A stretch of DNA of 64,000 nt, from the NCBI GenBank assembly GCA_030704615.1, contig CM060733.1, forward strand, positions 19,654,001 through 19,718,000. Direction: 5' to 3'. The position numbers were made by a program, and so were the translations under genes. Positions 37,986-51,549 of the stretch are shown piece by piece. The notes below the pieces were generated by a model, which was not told the DNA's origin, ran no database searches, and worked only from the letters and a program-made list of their open reading frames with translations. Position 1 is the stretch's first letter. The number at the start of each line of letters is the position of its first letter. Source of the DNA: Takakia lepidozioides (Eukaryota; Plantae; Bryophyta).

Positions 37986-38473
37986 CCCTATACATAAATG
38001 GATGTGGATTAGCCTCCCTCACCTTGTTGTAGCTCCAGTGTTGACGATTGACGATCGAAGGGACTTATGCAGGCACACCACGAGAGCTAAGACTTCCTCG
38101 CTGACGGTCCTTGGGGTTCTGAACTGCACTTAGATCTGCAGTCGGATCACTCTCACTGCACGGAGGAGGAGGAGGAGGGGTCCGACGTGAGACTTTTGGA
38201 AGTTTGCTGCTATTGTCTTTTGTTGTCGACATTGGTTACTTCTGTACGATCTCACTGCAGTTTTGTACAGTGTTTTCCCAGTGTCGTTCCCTTTCTTTTA
38301 CACTTCATCTTCTCTGCAAGTTGTGCTGAAAGACCCGTGAGCTCTGTTTCCTGGCTCTGTCGTCAATTTGGAGTGTACATCTCAGTACACCAAGAGTTCG
38401 ACGTCCACTGTGTACGTTTTTTAGAGTGTAGTGTAGCGTGCAGGCCCCAGGGCGTCTTTCTTTGGGGAGCGGA

Positions 38474-40192
38474 ATGGCGATGAGCGACCTGCAGTGGGGA
38501 TCTCCAGGTCTAGGTGTGGTGATCGCAGCCTCCATCATCCTCGCTGCGTCGCTGGTCTATTTGTGGTGGCACCATCCCTTGCATGGCAAGAACTCGGGTG
38601 CCAGAGTCTACCCTTTGGTCGGAACCTATCTTGAGATCATGATCAACAGACACAGGATTCATGATTGGACAACAGATCAGATCAGGAAGGTTCCGAACAT
38701 GACCATCAGAAATATGAGGCCCGGTCTCAAAGGGCTGTGGATCACTGCAAATCCCGAAAATGTCGAGCATATCTTGAAGACCAGGTTTGACAACTATCCG
38801 AAAGGACCAAGGAATCAGCTGATCTTGGGTGACCTTTTGGGAACCGGGATTTTCAACGTGGATGGTGATCTCTGGAGACTGCAAAGAAAAATAGCCAGTC
38901 ACGAGTTTAAGCAGAATTCGTTGCGTACTTTCACGACGGCATCGGTGAGAGCAGAGATCGATAGTAGGCTTATTCCCATCCTTAGTAAGGCCGCTGATGC
39001 TGGAACCTACGTTGACCTGCAAGATTTGTTCTTCAGGTTTGCATTTGATACGATCTGCCAGCTTGGATTTGGTGTTGATCCCGCTTGCCTCGATAGCTCT
39101 CTACCCGATGTGAAATTCGCACGGGCTTTTGCTGATTCAACTGCACTTAGTCATGCTCGGTTCTACAGCTATCCTTTCATCTGGAAGACAATTCGAGCTC
39201 TTAATATTGGGACCGAAAAGAAGCTGCGTGAAGCTTTGTCGAGGGTGGATGAATTCGCCATGTTCGTTATTCGTACACGCAGAGAGCAGCTCTCCCAAAA
39301 GACAGCAGCAGGTGACAAGAGTGAGCATCTAGACCTACTCTCAAGGTTCATGGGCCAGGTGGCTGAGGAGGAAAAGACCTTGGAACAAAGAGCGTCGCGC
39401 GAGAAGCTGGAGATGTGCGTCACGGATCTTGAGAAACAGAGGCAGGACCATACCAAAGGGGAGACTTACTCGGATTTGTTCTTGAGGGACATTGTGATCA
39501 GTTTCATTCTGGCAGGGAAAGATACAACATCATCTGCTCTTGCATGGTTCTTCTGGTTGCTCACCTGTACTCGTCGAGTGGAGGAAGCCATTCACGCAGA
39601 GATCATTGACATTCTGAAGTCTAGAATTTCAGAAGACTTAAAAGGAAAATCCATGATCAGCGAAAGTGATGCAAATGACACAGTGGTGAAGGGATCTACG
39701 GATGGTAAGAGCAGTGATTCTTTCACTTACGAGGAGCTGAAGGAAATGCACTATTTGCATGCAGCTGTTACAGAATCTCTCAGGCTTCATCCACCTGTTC
39801 CGGTGGATATGAAACTAGCTTTGGGACCAGATATATGGCCGGATGGCACCAGAATTCCCAAGTCAGCAAGGGTGGCTTTTCATCCTTATGCAATGGGCAG
39901 AATGGAGAAACTATGGGGCCCAGATTGCCTTGAATTCAAGCCAGAGAGGTGGCTCAAAGAAGGAGCCTTCGTCCCAGGCAGTCCATACAAATTCGCGGTG
40001 TTCCAGGCAGGCCCACGTTTGTGCTTGGGCAAGGAAATGGCCATGATTCAGATGAAGTCCATTGCTGCTGCAGTGATCCGTGAGTTCACCGTCTGTGTTC
40101 CTGAGGGCTTCAACCCAACCTACGAGCTGGGTCTGACAATGCGTATCAAGGATGGTTTGCCTGTCACAGTGCACCGCAAGACCCGCGTCTAA
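38474..40192 (+). CDS. Cytochrome P450, CYP86 clan, CYP94-like fatty-acyl omega-hydroxylase; intronless
   Basis: N-terminal TM helix, TANPENVEHILKTRFDNYPKG, GIFNVDG, I-helix SFILAGKDTTS, ESLR (ExxR), KPERW, heme FQAGPRLCLG. First ATG at 38474. Confidence 0.95.
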   Translation: MAMSDLQWGSPGLGVVIAASIILAASLVYLWWHHPLHGKNSGARVYPLVGTYLEIMINRHRIHDWTTDQIRKVPNMTIRNMRPGLKGLWITANPENVEHILKTRFDNYPKGPRNQLILGDLLGTGIFNVDGDLWRLQRKIASHEFKQNSLRTFTTASVRAEIDSRLIPILSKAADAGTYVDLQDLFFRFAFDTICQLGFGVDPACLDSSLPDVKFARAFADSTALSHARFYSYPFIWKTIRALNIGTEKKLREALSRVDEFAMFVIRTRREQLSQKTAAGDKSEHLDLLSRFMGQVAEEEKTLEQRASREKLEMCVTDLEKQRQDHTKGETYSDLFLRDIVISFILAGKDTTSSALAWFFWLLTCTRRVEEAIHAEIIDILKSRISEDLKGKSMISESDANDTVVKGSTDGKSSDSFTYEELKEMHYLHAAVTESLRLHPPVPVDMKLALGPDIWPDGTRIPKSARVAFHPYAMGRMEKLWGPDCLEFKPERWLKEGAFVPGSPYKFAVFQAGPRLCLGKEMAMIQMKSIAAAVIREFTVCVPEGFNPTYELGLTMRIKDGLPVTVHRKTRV

Positions 40193-40602
40193 CCCTACTA
40201 CTACAACCCTACTACTACAACTGCACTTGGAATCGGGGAGTACGAGCAAATAACAACACCGAGAGCTAAGCATTGTCTCTTATGTTGGGGTTTATTTTCT
40301 GTTTTTCTGTTTGTTGGTTACCTTGAAAAGAATATGTACACTTTGTTGATTGTGGTGGATTAGCATGGACGCATGTACAGTTTCATGTTTCATGGTTCCG
40401 AGACTGAACAGTGCATCAGCTGCATGCATGCGAAGGATCGAGCTATGGACTTCAACTCGACGTTAATCCTTCCTCCTTAAGAAAAAATAAAAACAATATT
40501 TACATTGATTCAACGATTGGTCCATATTACTTTATTATTTCAGGTTTTAGTTATTTAAATTGATTAAATGATGATGTTAGAAATAGCAATATTGTATTTC
40601 AT

Positions 40603-40750
40603 GTATCCGGATTGACAATATATAATTACTCTATAACCGCCGGATATTATAATCTGAATATCCGGACTTATCTGTATCCGGTAGATTCTTAAGAACTTCT
40701 ATCATCCGGTGGAAATTCAGATAATATTAATATCCGGATCCGCTGGATAT
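40603..40750. repeat. Cluster of ATCCGG/CCGGAT motifs, likely subterminal repeats of a non-autonomous DNA transposon
   Basis: At least six (T)ATCCGG/CCGGAT copies in ~150 bp of otherwise AT-rich DNA. Confidence 0.45.
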
Positions 40751-43700
40751 ATAGATCCATCTCTAATTTGGCAAGGACCCTCGACCTCGCGGATATTAAT
40801 AAAAGCTAATAAGAACGGCCCAACACACTGGTGGACACCTTTGTGACACCAGTCCGTGGATTGAACCCACAACCAGGTCACGTGAAGGTATGTGGCCATC
40901 ACTAGGCTACAACTTGGTTGTCAACTGGTTGTGGATATAGCAGCTGCAGCTGCAGGGGAGTGTTGCAAGTATAATTGCTGATTTTGAGTCCTGCAATAAC
41001 TGGTGTTCTGGATCGCTTATTTATCCTTCAAACCTGTCATGAAGTTTTATGAGGTGTGGCATACGACCTCCACAGTTCTTGAAAGAAAATCCCCTAGAGA
41101 TTATGCTTGTAGTAGAGAGGGAGCGAAGACAGGATGACGATGTCAAGGTTACCATTCTATGATCAGAAGCCAAGCCTCACCCATGAGGGAGCAAGTTGTG
41201 TGGGTACTAAGTAATGTTTGTAGGATAAATTTATCCTGAAGCCAAGTTGCATTGACAAGGTGTTCACTTAGCTCTTTTCATATACATTCATGAAGGAAGG
41301 ATAGATACTTCATCGACAAAATGAAACATAGATGATGAACTCTAGCTAGAGATTACGATCTGGACAGATAGAGGGTCAAAATGTAGGTGTTCAAAACTCC
41401 TATTCTCCACTCCTAGCTGCAACTTACCGAGTGCGGAGTACAAAGCATTGAGAAATTTTCTGTATTACCTGAGCTGGACTCTATTTCCTACCAACTTTAC
41501 GTCTCTGGTGCGGTGATGTTCAAGTTGTCTCCTGCTGAAAATTATTAACAAGTAAATGTATGGATGGTGCCCCTAGTTAATAATGTGGTTGGATGCTATT
41601 CTGGAAGGAAGAAAGAGGGAAGAAATATCTATAAAACTGGCTGGCGATGGGGACATCCCTCTTTGTCGCTGAGCAGCCTACTCAACATTTTGTTAGGGGC
41701 CCACTGGTGTACGTACTTTGCATTGGCGATAAGATAACTCAGCCTCTCACTCGCACTACCTCATCCACTCAAAATATTTGAAGTTTTTTTTTTTGCTTTG
41801 GTTTATAGTTATACATGCGTTATGCCTGGAATACACGACAACTTTCGATGTGGACATGTTGTGTAGAAAACATTTGCCTCATCAGCTTGGTCATCAAGAA
41901 AGCCTGCAAGGTGCTTTACTTTATAACATGAAAGTGAGTTACACCAGCTGGAAGTACAGTTAAGAATTGTGTCAAGCTCTCTCTCGCAAACGGAGGAGTG
42001 CAACTGCTAAGAAGCTGCGGTGGAAGAGGTTACATGATGCCTTTCACGCAAATCACCTAGAAGTAAAACTAACTCGATCCGTGCCGATCTGTTCTGAATT
42101 CCCAACTCTGAATGGCTTCAACAGTACCGTATGCAGCACCCGGAATACGCAGTAGCAAGCCGTTGAGGAGCCCGCGTTCATATCTGAGAATGTTTTTAGA
42201 GCTGCCCGGGCAAGACAGTGGAACGAATGTGTGTTCGAAACGCCGCGCGTAAGAATCCATGGATGAATTAAAAAAGGAAATGGAAAGTATGATGGCCCAC
42301 TGAAAGAGCCACAAGGGGTCCGTCGAAATTATAGCGAAAGGAGGAAAGGAGGGCACACCATAAATTAGTTGGAGGGCTGTCGGGACCCGTGATGTTGAAT
42401 GGGCCCGTCCGTTCGCGGGGCCCTGCCTGCCACCACAGCTGCGTCCATCCACATCACCGCTCTCCTGCGATGTCAACCTCACTCACGGTGTTATCACTAT
42501 AATTTCAGTTACCGGCCTATTTTCCGGGTCCGACACGTGTGTGCCGCAGATTGCACTCAGTGAGGAGAATATTTAATATTATATTAGTAGATATAATAAT
42601 ATTATTAAATACTATATTATATTACTTCGGGAGGCGCCTCGGAAGTATGGACGGCCACGATGCACATGTCGCTATCACCATCGCAGGGCTGCAGTAAGGC
42701 AGGTTTCACCTTTGTTACAACATCAGACACGTGCAAGCGTCCGTATGGGTGCAGAGAAGTCAATCTTGGTTGTTTTTACTGGAGAGCATTTGGTGGCAGT
42801 GTATATTGCTGCGGCAGGGTCCCTCGTCGTCTGTATGTTCTCTCTGTCTCTCTCATTTCCTTCTGCGATGGAGCGCGAGTGAGTTCACAGGCTGTGCAGG
42901 CCTTCGGAGGAGTAGAGCATTAGAGTCGTTTGTTGATGCAGGGTGCGCTCTCTCTCATATTCACGGGGAGCCTCATATTGGCGCAGACAGGTGGCTTTAC
43001 TGCTCTCTCGCCTCATGTCAGTTAGAGTATCTGTCTCTCTCTTTCATTCCCTTTTCTCTCCGTCTCATTCATTCTTTGTTGAGTCAATTATTTCCTGTTG
43101 TGATAGATGAAAGGTGGAGCGACAGAGTGTGCTGGCTCTACAGGCCGGCTTCTCAGCAGTAGATCAGTAGTTTTAGGTGGTGGGGTGCTTTCGTACCATC
43201 GTACGAAGAGAAATGAAATGGTTCTTTATGACGTCCGCGGAAAGCTCATACAGCTTATGGGACAAAATGGAAAGAAAAAAATGAGAGAAAACAGGAAACC
43301 AGAGTCAGAGACAAGAACTATTGTTCAAGTGATGGTCTAAGGGCAAATGCCTCGTGCAGGTAGGCTGCCAAGCATTTCTGATCTTCATAGTGAAAGACCT
43401 CAGTGAGAGATTGGGTTCCACTGAATAGACAATGGACTTCCCACGGATCTCATAGTATAGAGGGCAGTAGAAGAAGAAGTGTTCTTCAGTTTCAATTTCC
43501 TGGGTGCGCCCTGTGCAAGCTGGACAGAGGCGGGAAGAGAGTGACGTTAATGTCCAGTGGCTCGCTCTCCCTCATGTCACTAGAAGCGTCTGTCTGCCTA
43601 GAGCTCTCATTTTTTCTTGCTGCCTCTTTCTGGGTAGAGTGTAGTGTAGAGTGAAATGTGAGCGTTTGCTAGTGCTGTAGGAATATATTATTATTAATTT

Positions 43701-45083
43701 CCTCGTTTAGGAACCTTGTAACACTTGGAGTGGCTTCTATGCAGCTGGCCCTCTCATAGTAGTAGTGTGACAAGCTGTTTGTCCGTCTTAACTTCAATTC
43801 CTCAAAGTACTTAGGAGGAGCGGTGTAGTAATTTCAGTGGCTCTATTGTATGTTCACTCCCTCAGGTCACTAGAGCGGAGGTGGCTCAACACTGGTGCAG
43901 TCCAATTCAGTAAAAGTGCAGCAGTTGTATCTGTCTCCGCTATCTTACACCACCTAGAGGAGGGCGATGGTGTAGTTCTGTAATAGATTTTCAAGTGCTG
44001 ATCTCTTCTTCTTCAACTCACCGCCAAAAGTTGTGGTGACCTTCTGTAAGTCCTATCACCTTATGCTCTAGGTTTAACAGTAAAAGAGAGTCATGTGATT
44101 CGTAGTTCTTTTCAGACCGAAATTTGAGTTTTAATGCATCTATAAGCAGAGCTGCTGCCTCAAGGCTCAGGGCCAGATGTAAGCTGCCTCACTGCAGTAC
44201 ACCAAGTATATATGTAGGAATGGGAGTCCTATACGTATTTTTTGCTAGTGCTACTCCATGATATATGAGCCTCCATGGTCTACCTATAGGGAAGATTGAG
44301 TGGTCTGCATAAAATCTCACAAGTAATTGTGTTGTTGTAGAGCCATGTAGCCTTGTCGAAATCACCTTCCAGTGTTTTGTCCAGTGATTCACTGGACCTA
44401 TAGATTCTGAAATCTGGGAGGCCTCTGTCACTTAGGACTTAGGAGGATATGGTTTCCAGCCTCAACCTCTCATATCTAAGAGACATGTTGACAACAATTT
44501 TTTTGTGTCTATGCCTAAAAGCAATCTTCCAGTTAGTGAGGATGCCACCTTTGGACTTTCCAAAACAGGCAACCTACGACTGTTGCTAGAATTCTAATTG
44601 ATAGGAATTCTAGATATTGGTAGCAGCTTGTTGTTGTTGAGGTGAGGGTCAACCAACCTTTGGAAGATATAATTCCGATAGCTTAGCACCTGCTGTCCAT
44701 TCGTATATATGAGCGATTATCAAAAGCCTACGCCATCTCTAAGGGCGTAGGTAGCTCTTTTCTGATCTCGATTGGAAGCTCGCTCAATAAATTCTTTCCT
44801 TGAGCAAACATGTAAGATTATTAAGTAGGTGACTGGACAGTGACTAGAGGACTTAAAACCTTAACTATTAACTGAACCGAGAGAACTTAAAACACTTGAG
44901 AGAGCCTAGGTAGGTTCATTAAACTAATTATAAGGCCAGGCCAGACTTTACCAGTGTGACCTCCAAATTACAATTCAAAGACAATTCACCAGAAGTAGTC
45001 CAAACCGACGGGATTGTCTCTTAAATATTTTGAATTGAAATGTGATGCATATCTTTTCCATTGGCAGGTCCTATTACTCTGCC

Positions 45084-48000
45084 ATGAATCTCAATGAGAC
45101 TCCTGCCGAGGACAAAGACTTACAGGATCAAGACGTTGTTGAAGGGACAGAGGATCTTCAAAGGTCTCCTACGGAAACTCTTTTGGATTCTAGAAGGGGA
45201 ACGATCCCATACTATCAGCTTTACCCGGTTTCCTTCCCTATTTCTTTCATACTTCCGGGAGGAACTAGATCTCACGATGACTCTGGGGAAACAGCCACAA
45301 GACTGTACTTATCTGGTGATCAGCATAGTACATACGGCAACCAGGCTCCAAACTCATCAAGGGCCATTAATGAGCTTCAGAACTCCATACCACTAGATGT
45401 GAACTTGGCTATTCCATTAAGCTTAATTAACATGCAAGATGAGCATCCGACTCAGCAAGTGGAACCATCAGCAACTCACCCATTTTTTGTGGCAAGAGAT
45501 ATTAGGTTGAACGTTTATGAAGGGGAGGACAATCAAGCTTGTCAAAATATCAGATTATTTGGACACACTTTTCACATCAATATGGAGGCACCTAGCATGG
45601 ATCAGGCAAAGGAAGAGATGAGACTTGCACAAGGATTTGACCTGAACTTGCATGAGCCCACCCAAGCTCAAGCTCAAGATGGAGGGATCAGAATATTTGG
45701 AAGCAGATTGGACATGGACATGGATCATGAGGCACCCGACATGCAAGCAGAGTCTTACCAGAGACAATCTAATTCGATTTCAACTCCACAAGCCATGACC
45801 CTGCGTTTGTTTCCCAGATTTCGCCCTATCAATTTGGGCGGAGCAGGTCCATCTATTCTTCTTCCAGTAGCTAATTATGAAGAGAAAAGTCTTGATTGTA
45901 TGGTGAATGAGGAGAGAAATATGACTCAATCTGAGATAGCAGAATCTGAATCTCCAAAATCCCGTATTGATCAGGCTCAAAATGAGTGGGAAAGAAGCGG
46001 CATTGCAGTTGAGCCAGCTCAATCTGGACCTAAAACAACTTCCGAGAAAGAAAACTTGGAAGAAGCCGATCTTGATGTAGGAGGTCTTATTTTAAGTGAA
46101 GAGAAACATAAACTTAGGGCCAAGGAGAAGGGTAAGGCCATACTGGTGGATGAAACCGCTGACGATGCAAGTATAAACCAGACTGCGAATTTAGCCTCCA
46201 CCAGCTATCTATGGACCCCTCAAACTGATCATAATTGGAACTCAACAAGGTCAAGAGATTATTCGCAGCTCACGGACCCGGGTACGACCCCTCCCAATAT
46301 TGATCAGATAATGTGGGAACAAGGGCCCCACAATCCTCCTGTTTCCAATAATTCAGATCTCCACGCCCAGAATTATAATCGGAACGTTCCTACAATAGAA
46401 CCGCTCCAAGAACCACGGAAATTTAAAGATCTTCACCGCAGATTGGGGCCTCCACCAAGGAGCTCCCGCTATAGGGGAGTCACTCACTACCGACGAACAT
46501 CTCGTTGGGAATCTCACATATGGTACGTGCCGTTACACATTCCTAATATGTACATGAAAATGATACCTTCAACTGGTTGACAAATGTGACTCAATATGTG
46601 TTAAAGTCTTACTCTTACTATGATGTTATACGTCTACATGGACACTTTGAATATTGAACTTACTTGAGTGGATAGTATGAATGCTTGAGTAGAATTTGGA
46701 AAGAGCTTTGTATATCAGACACGATCTCCTAGCTGAGGCAGATGGAATTTAGATGACCTAACTTTTGGCCATAATTTGGCAGGGGACTGGATGGCACGCA
46801 AATATACTTGGGTGAGTACTATTCATTTCAATACAATATAGGTCACATCTCAAATGTCGACATAGATGTGACATGGTCAAATAGAATGTTGGTTCTCCCA
46901 CCTGGGATAACTTGGAAGTATTTTTGTCTTGGGCTAGAGGGTTAGCTCTTTTCAATCCTCTACTCAAAAAATGTTTAATGTGTAATGTTTAGCCCAAGAT
47001 GTTGTAACTGCATGTAGTGCCTCGTATCTTGCAATCTCGGCTCTCTCATATCATGGATCATATGATTTGAACAACGTTTCTTCTAGACCCTAGTTTGAAG
47101 GCTAATATAACAGTTTGATCGATCTCACTATTACAGGTGCATCCACCACCAAAGAGGCAGCCGCCAGGTACGTATCCTTATTCAAGGGGTGGTCCCCTAG
47201 AAAGTACTTAAAATTGTTGAAACGGTTGCAAATCACATGGCATCTTAGGCAAGGGGAACATAGGACCTTAGGGATCAGGATCAAACGTAATTGCAAAGTA
47301 TACTCTTCATGTGCAGATTACTGTGAACGAATTAAAGAATCAGGGTTTAGCATCTGCTCTTAAGTTTTGCTTCCCAACTGTTTGAATATATCCATGTGTT
47401 TATTGAAAGAGATTATACTAATGCACATGATTAATTGGGTAAACTAAATCTTACACTTGCTGAAAATTTCTAGAGTGCATTGTTTCTAAACTTTAACTGA
47501 TTGCATGTTCAAACTTATACCTGAGTTAGGGCACACGACTTAGCGGCTATTTTGTTTCGGGGGCTAGGAGCCCAACTCAACTTCCCAAGAGAGGACTATA
47601 CCGATGAACTTCGCAAAGTATGTGTATATTCTAGCAGTCACAAACCTTTCATTTTGTGTCTCACAAAAAGTTGCTCGAATCAAGAGGAAAACACGTAAAT
47701 TCTAGTGCAAGGTACAAGCAATCCTCACTTGACACATTAAAGCTGATTCTGGGGTCTATTCCATTTTCCTCAGCTTTGAGCAATATTTCTTTTGCATTGA
47801 TGTTGTGAAGTGGCTCTAAGCTCATGGAAGATCAATGCCCCTCTATCTTTGTCTATATGTTTGTGCTCATAAGCATGTTAACAGTCATGTGAGTTGTCCC
47901 CTCTTTGAAGAATAATAGAACGGATACTTCATTGTAAAATGTTTATTGATCATGAGAAAATGGTTGTGGACAGCTGGAAAAGCTTTCACACAAGGCGGTT

Positions 48001-51000
48001 GTGCTTTATCTTAGGCGAGAGAGTAAAGGACCGGGCGCAATTGTTTTGTACCCTGGAGTGAAAATGGACCCTCACACTGGCAAATATTATGCAAATTACA
48101 AAGCAAACCCAAGAAGGAAAGAGTAAGTATTTTCAATTGAACTCATGACAACTTGTTGAGATGTATACATGTTCACTGTATAGATGTAGATTCCATGTGT
48201 TTTGCACTTGTAATGCTTCATGATTTCATAGCAGTGAGCAACATCGACGAACTTAGAACTTCATCCCTCTAGATTTTGTTTTTTGTTTCTACAGTTTAGT
48301 CCACACATCCAAGGACTTCGCATGAACTTGCACACTTACTCTCACAGATTCCACTTCATAATTCCATGTGTATCTGGTTCTCACTGTGTTTACAACTGCT
48401 TAAATTTCTTTATCAGGTCCACATGCTTGGGAATGTTTGACAGTGAGGAAGAAGCTGCTCAGTGAGATTCCTACACTTAAATACTCCATTCAAATGGCCA
48501 GACTGGCTCATTCCTAGGTGTTGCTTTGTTTGAAATGCCAAGTTTTTCTTGCTTTCATATCGAGGACGTAGGGGCATAGAGAGAGAATGTTCACCCCATT
48601 ATCCACTCTAGTTGGCGATTGTTATTAAAATATCATATGTATGGTGTGTCAGTGGTAATTAGCTTGAACTTGTTTCGCAATGTTTCTCTTACGTGATGAG
48701 TTAGGCAGAGCTTTGTAAGAATCTTCTTTGTTGTTTCTGCACAGTGCTATTGAAGTGGAAGCGGTCAGGCAAGGTAACAGGAATTTGGTTGACTTGATAT
48801 CTAACACCCGCTTGGTGCGAGGGATACCCTCTACTGCAGAGGAAGAAGAAATGGGTATGTTCTATATACGAATTACAGATGTCACGACATCAACTATTCA
48901 TAGCTTTAGCTTAATTCAAATTTATGCATGTATACAGTGTAAAATCCAGATAATTGACCTTCTTAGTATCTTCTATCTTCTATCTTCTATCTTCTTAATT
49001 GTTTCTACATGGCAAAGACTAGGCTCAAGATCATCTAGAGTATTGATACTTACGTGACCACTGAGGAATACTTAGGCAGCATGCTAATTAGAATGTGGTC
49101 CCCCTTGGTCGCGTAAAAGCGATCATATTCAAACGGACATAGCAATAAATTTGCCATATTGATCATAGGTCCACTATGAGAATCTATGTATTTACCTACC
49201 CCTGTTCACACTCCTTAAGTCTTGAGGACCTCTCCTCAAGACTTAACGGGAGGACCGCCTATGTCCAGCTTGCATAGGGCGCAGCCAGGAAATTGAAACT
49301 GAAGAACACTTCTTCTTTGACTGCCCTCTACTACGAGATCCGTGGGAGATTCCACTGTTTATTCAGTGGAACCCAATCTCTCACTGAAATCTTCCACTAT
49401 GAGGATAAAAAATGCTTGGCAGCATACCTGCACGAGGCCTTCACCCTTAGGCAATGGCTAGAACATTAGTTCTTATTCTTGTGGTTTTGTTTCCTCTCTC
49501 ATGTTTTCTTCCATTTTGTCTCATAAGCTCTATGAGCTTTCTGAGCTTTAAAGCACCATTTCATTTCATTTCATTTCTGTTCTCAGATATTGTATTACGT
49601 ATTCTAAAAGAAAGAGAGTCTCATTGTTATCTTAAAGGAACTGGATGGTGGGATTACATCTTACAGTATTCAGAGGGATTGTCTATTGTACATAGAATAC
49701 TCAGCTGATTTTACTCATTACTGCAACAGCTCCGCAACAATCTGATGTAACGGACGAGGACAATGAGGACAATTTTGACATACCGATCAGCCCCACGTCA
49801 GCTCGTGGGAAAAGACCTTGGAAAAAACCAAGAACATTGCTAGGTAAGTTGTCATTGATAAGTCCAGATTTGCAGTCTTTCTCATTGGTTTTCTGCATGT
49901 ACATAGGATGTACAGGAGATGTACATATGAATCACATTGGTTTGAACACATTACAGTGAAAATCTAAGGAACCAAGATAGTTGAGAAGAATGTATGATAT
50001 TAAATCTTGAAAATTTAACATAATTGCTGCAAGTTTGAGCCTTGAGGGTGTGCAGGTGTAGTATACAATCCTAGTGTTCCTAGCAGTTCTACCGCCCCCA
50101 AAAATCCTAGACTAGAGAAGCCTGCGAAAAAGTCTAAGCTGACGGGTATGTATCTCATATGTTTGCTATAAAAATGAACAGTTTGGAGGTTCAACAACTG
50201 GGTCACTTATGTTCAAATATCAGCTCTTCTAAATTTATGCTTATAAGAAAATTAGGAGTTTGCCTAAGTTCAAGTTTAATCAATTATTCAAACCAAGAAT
50301 CTATAGGATTCTGATTTTGTAGGAATGTGAGCGGTCTATTTCTTCCACGTAGATGTGGACAGTAGTGACCAATGACCACAGAGTAGTTACACAGATCGGT
50401 AGAAGATTTGAGAAGGCAGAAGAAGGCACATCTGAACAAACTAGTAGCTGAACAGTGCGTGATCTCATGGAATTCGGGAGTAGGACTTAAATACGTGCCC
50501 CTTCCTTGAGGATAGCAATAAAAATGTAGGAGTTATGAAGGAGGTCACCGATACCTACTCCCTACCTATTCCCTGATGACTATAATTTTTCCTTTGAGTG
50601 TGTGCAACTATGTTGTTAGTAATTAGGTTGTTCCGAAAGCTTATAATTTAACTCGTGCTATTAGCTGAATCTTGACTTGTCCAGGTGTGGAAGTGAATAT
50701 GCAAGCCAACCTAGAAACTCTACAAATTCCCTTGCCGCCATCCATGATAAGTAATACCCAAATAACGTCAGCTGCAGCTGCATCACACCTTATGCAAGGT
50801 ACAATGTTCTAGAGCATCTAGTTCAGTCTTGAAGCTACCACATGTGATTATACCGTAGACTTAAAAAATGCTAAGCTGTAAATGAAAATTAGCTAACAGA
50901 TCAAAGGCTGCAGAACCCTTTAATGTGCCTGCTAATTCCGAAGGGTTTGCGCATTTGGAGTCTCATAATTTAACTGATTGCTTGTATAGATGTGGAACTA

Positions 51001-51549
51001 AAACGGTCATCTACATCCACCAATCATGAGAACGATGGAACTGAGCGTTGCAAAATCGAATTTAAGGTAAATAAAGAGGTTTCTACCACAAACGAACAGC
51101 AGTTGCAGGTACAATGTCTTCCCGAGCTCCCAGAGCAAGTGTGACACTGTATGATGTGCTCCTGTGAATTGAGGTTGCTGATAAGATTTCTGGGTATATC
51201 GTCGAGGACAAATCTGTCGTTTCAAGATTATGTTTTTCTCTTCAAAATTTGTTATACGCTTTATTGCTAATTTTTATGATTTTTACCTGATTTGTAGGGT
51301 CTCCGGGAAACACACACTCGCGAAATCATGCAGGGGAATACCTCAGAGCTAAACACTTTGGTTACAGATTATTCTACGAAGTTCGACCAGCTCGTAGCAG
51401 CAGTTGCAATATTGGCTCAAATGAGACCTCCAAGTCCCGGAACGCTCAGGACGCTGGAAAACACACCATCTAATTCATCTTGTGAAGGACAAGGTGGGGA
51501 CATGACTGCCCACGACGCACACACATCACCGTCTGGTGACCAGGGCTAA
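45084..51549 (+). CDS. Divergent euAP2-lineage AP2 transcription factor (one recognisable and one degenerate AP2 domain); 3' exons tentative
   Basis: Exons 45084-46522 (...RRLGPPPRSSRYRGVTHYRRTSRWESHIW), 46783-46811 (GLDGTQIYLG), 47137-47167 (ASTTKEAAAR), 47530-47617 (AHDLAAILFRG...LNF..EDY), 47974-48122, 48417-48461 (CLGMFDSEEEAA) and 48745-48854 follow the euAP2 intron pattern. Further phase-compatible exons at 49730-49843, 50056-50145, 50685-50798, ~50900-51110 and 51298-51549. Confidence 0.8.

Noticed and set aside
50350-50455. Additional AP2 exon (SVEDLRRQKKAHLNKL)
   Set aside because: Phase-compatible acceptors run into stops; the flanking exons join in frame without it.
50768-50790. 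miR172 target site in the euAP2-like gene (gctgcagctgcatcacacc)
   Set aside because: Only the 5' part resembles CTGCAGCATCATCAGGATTC; the seed-pairing half does not match.
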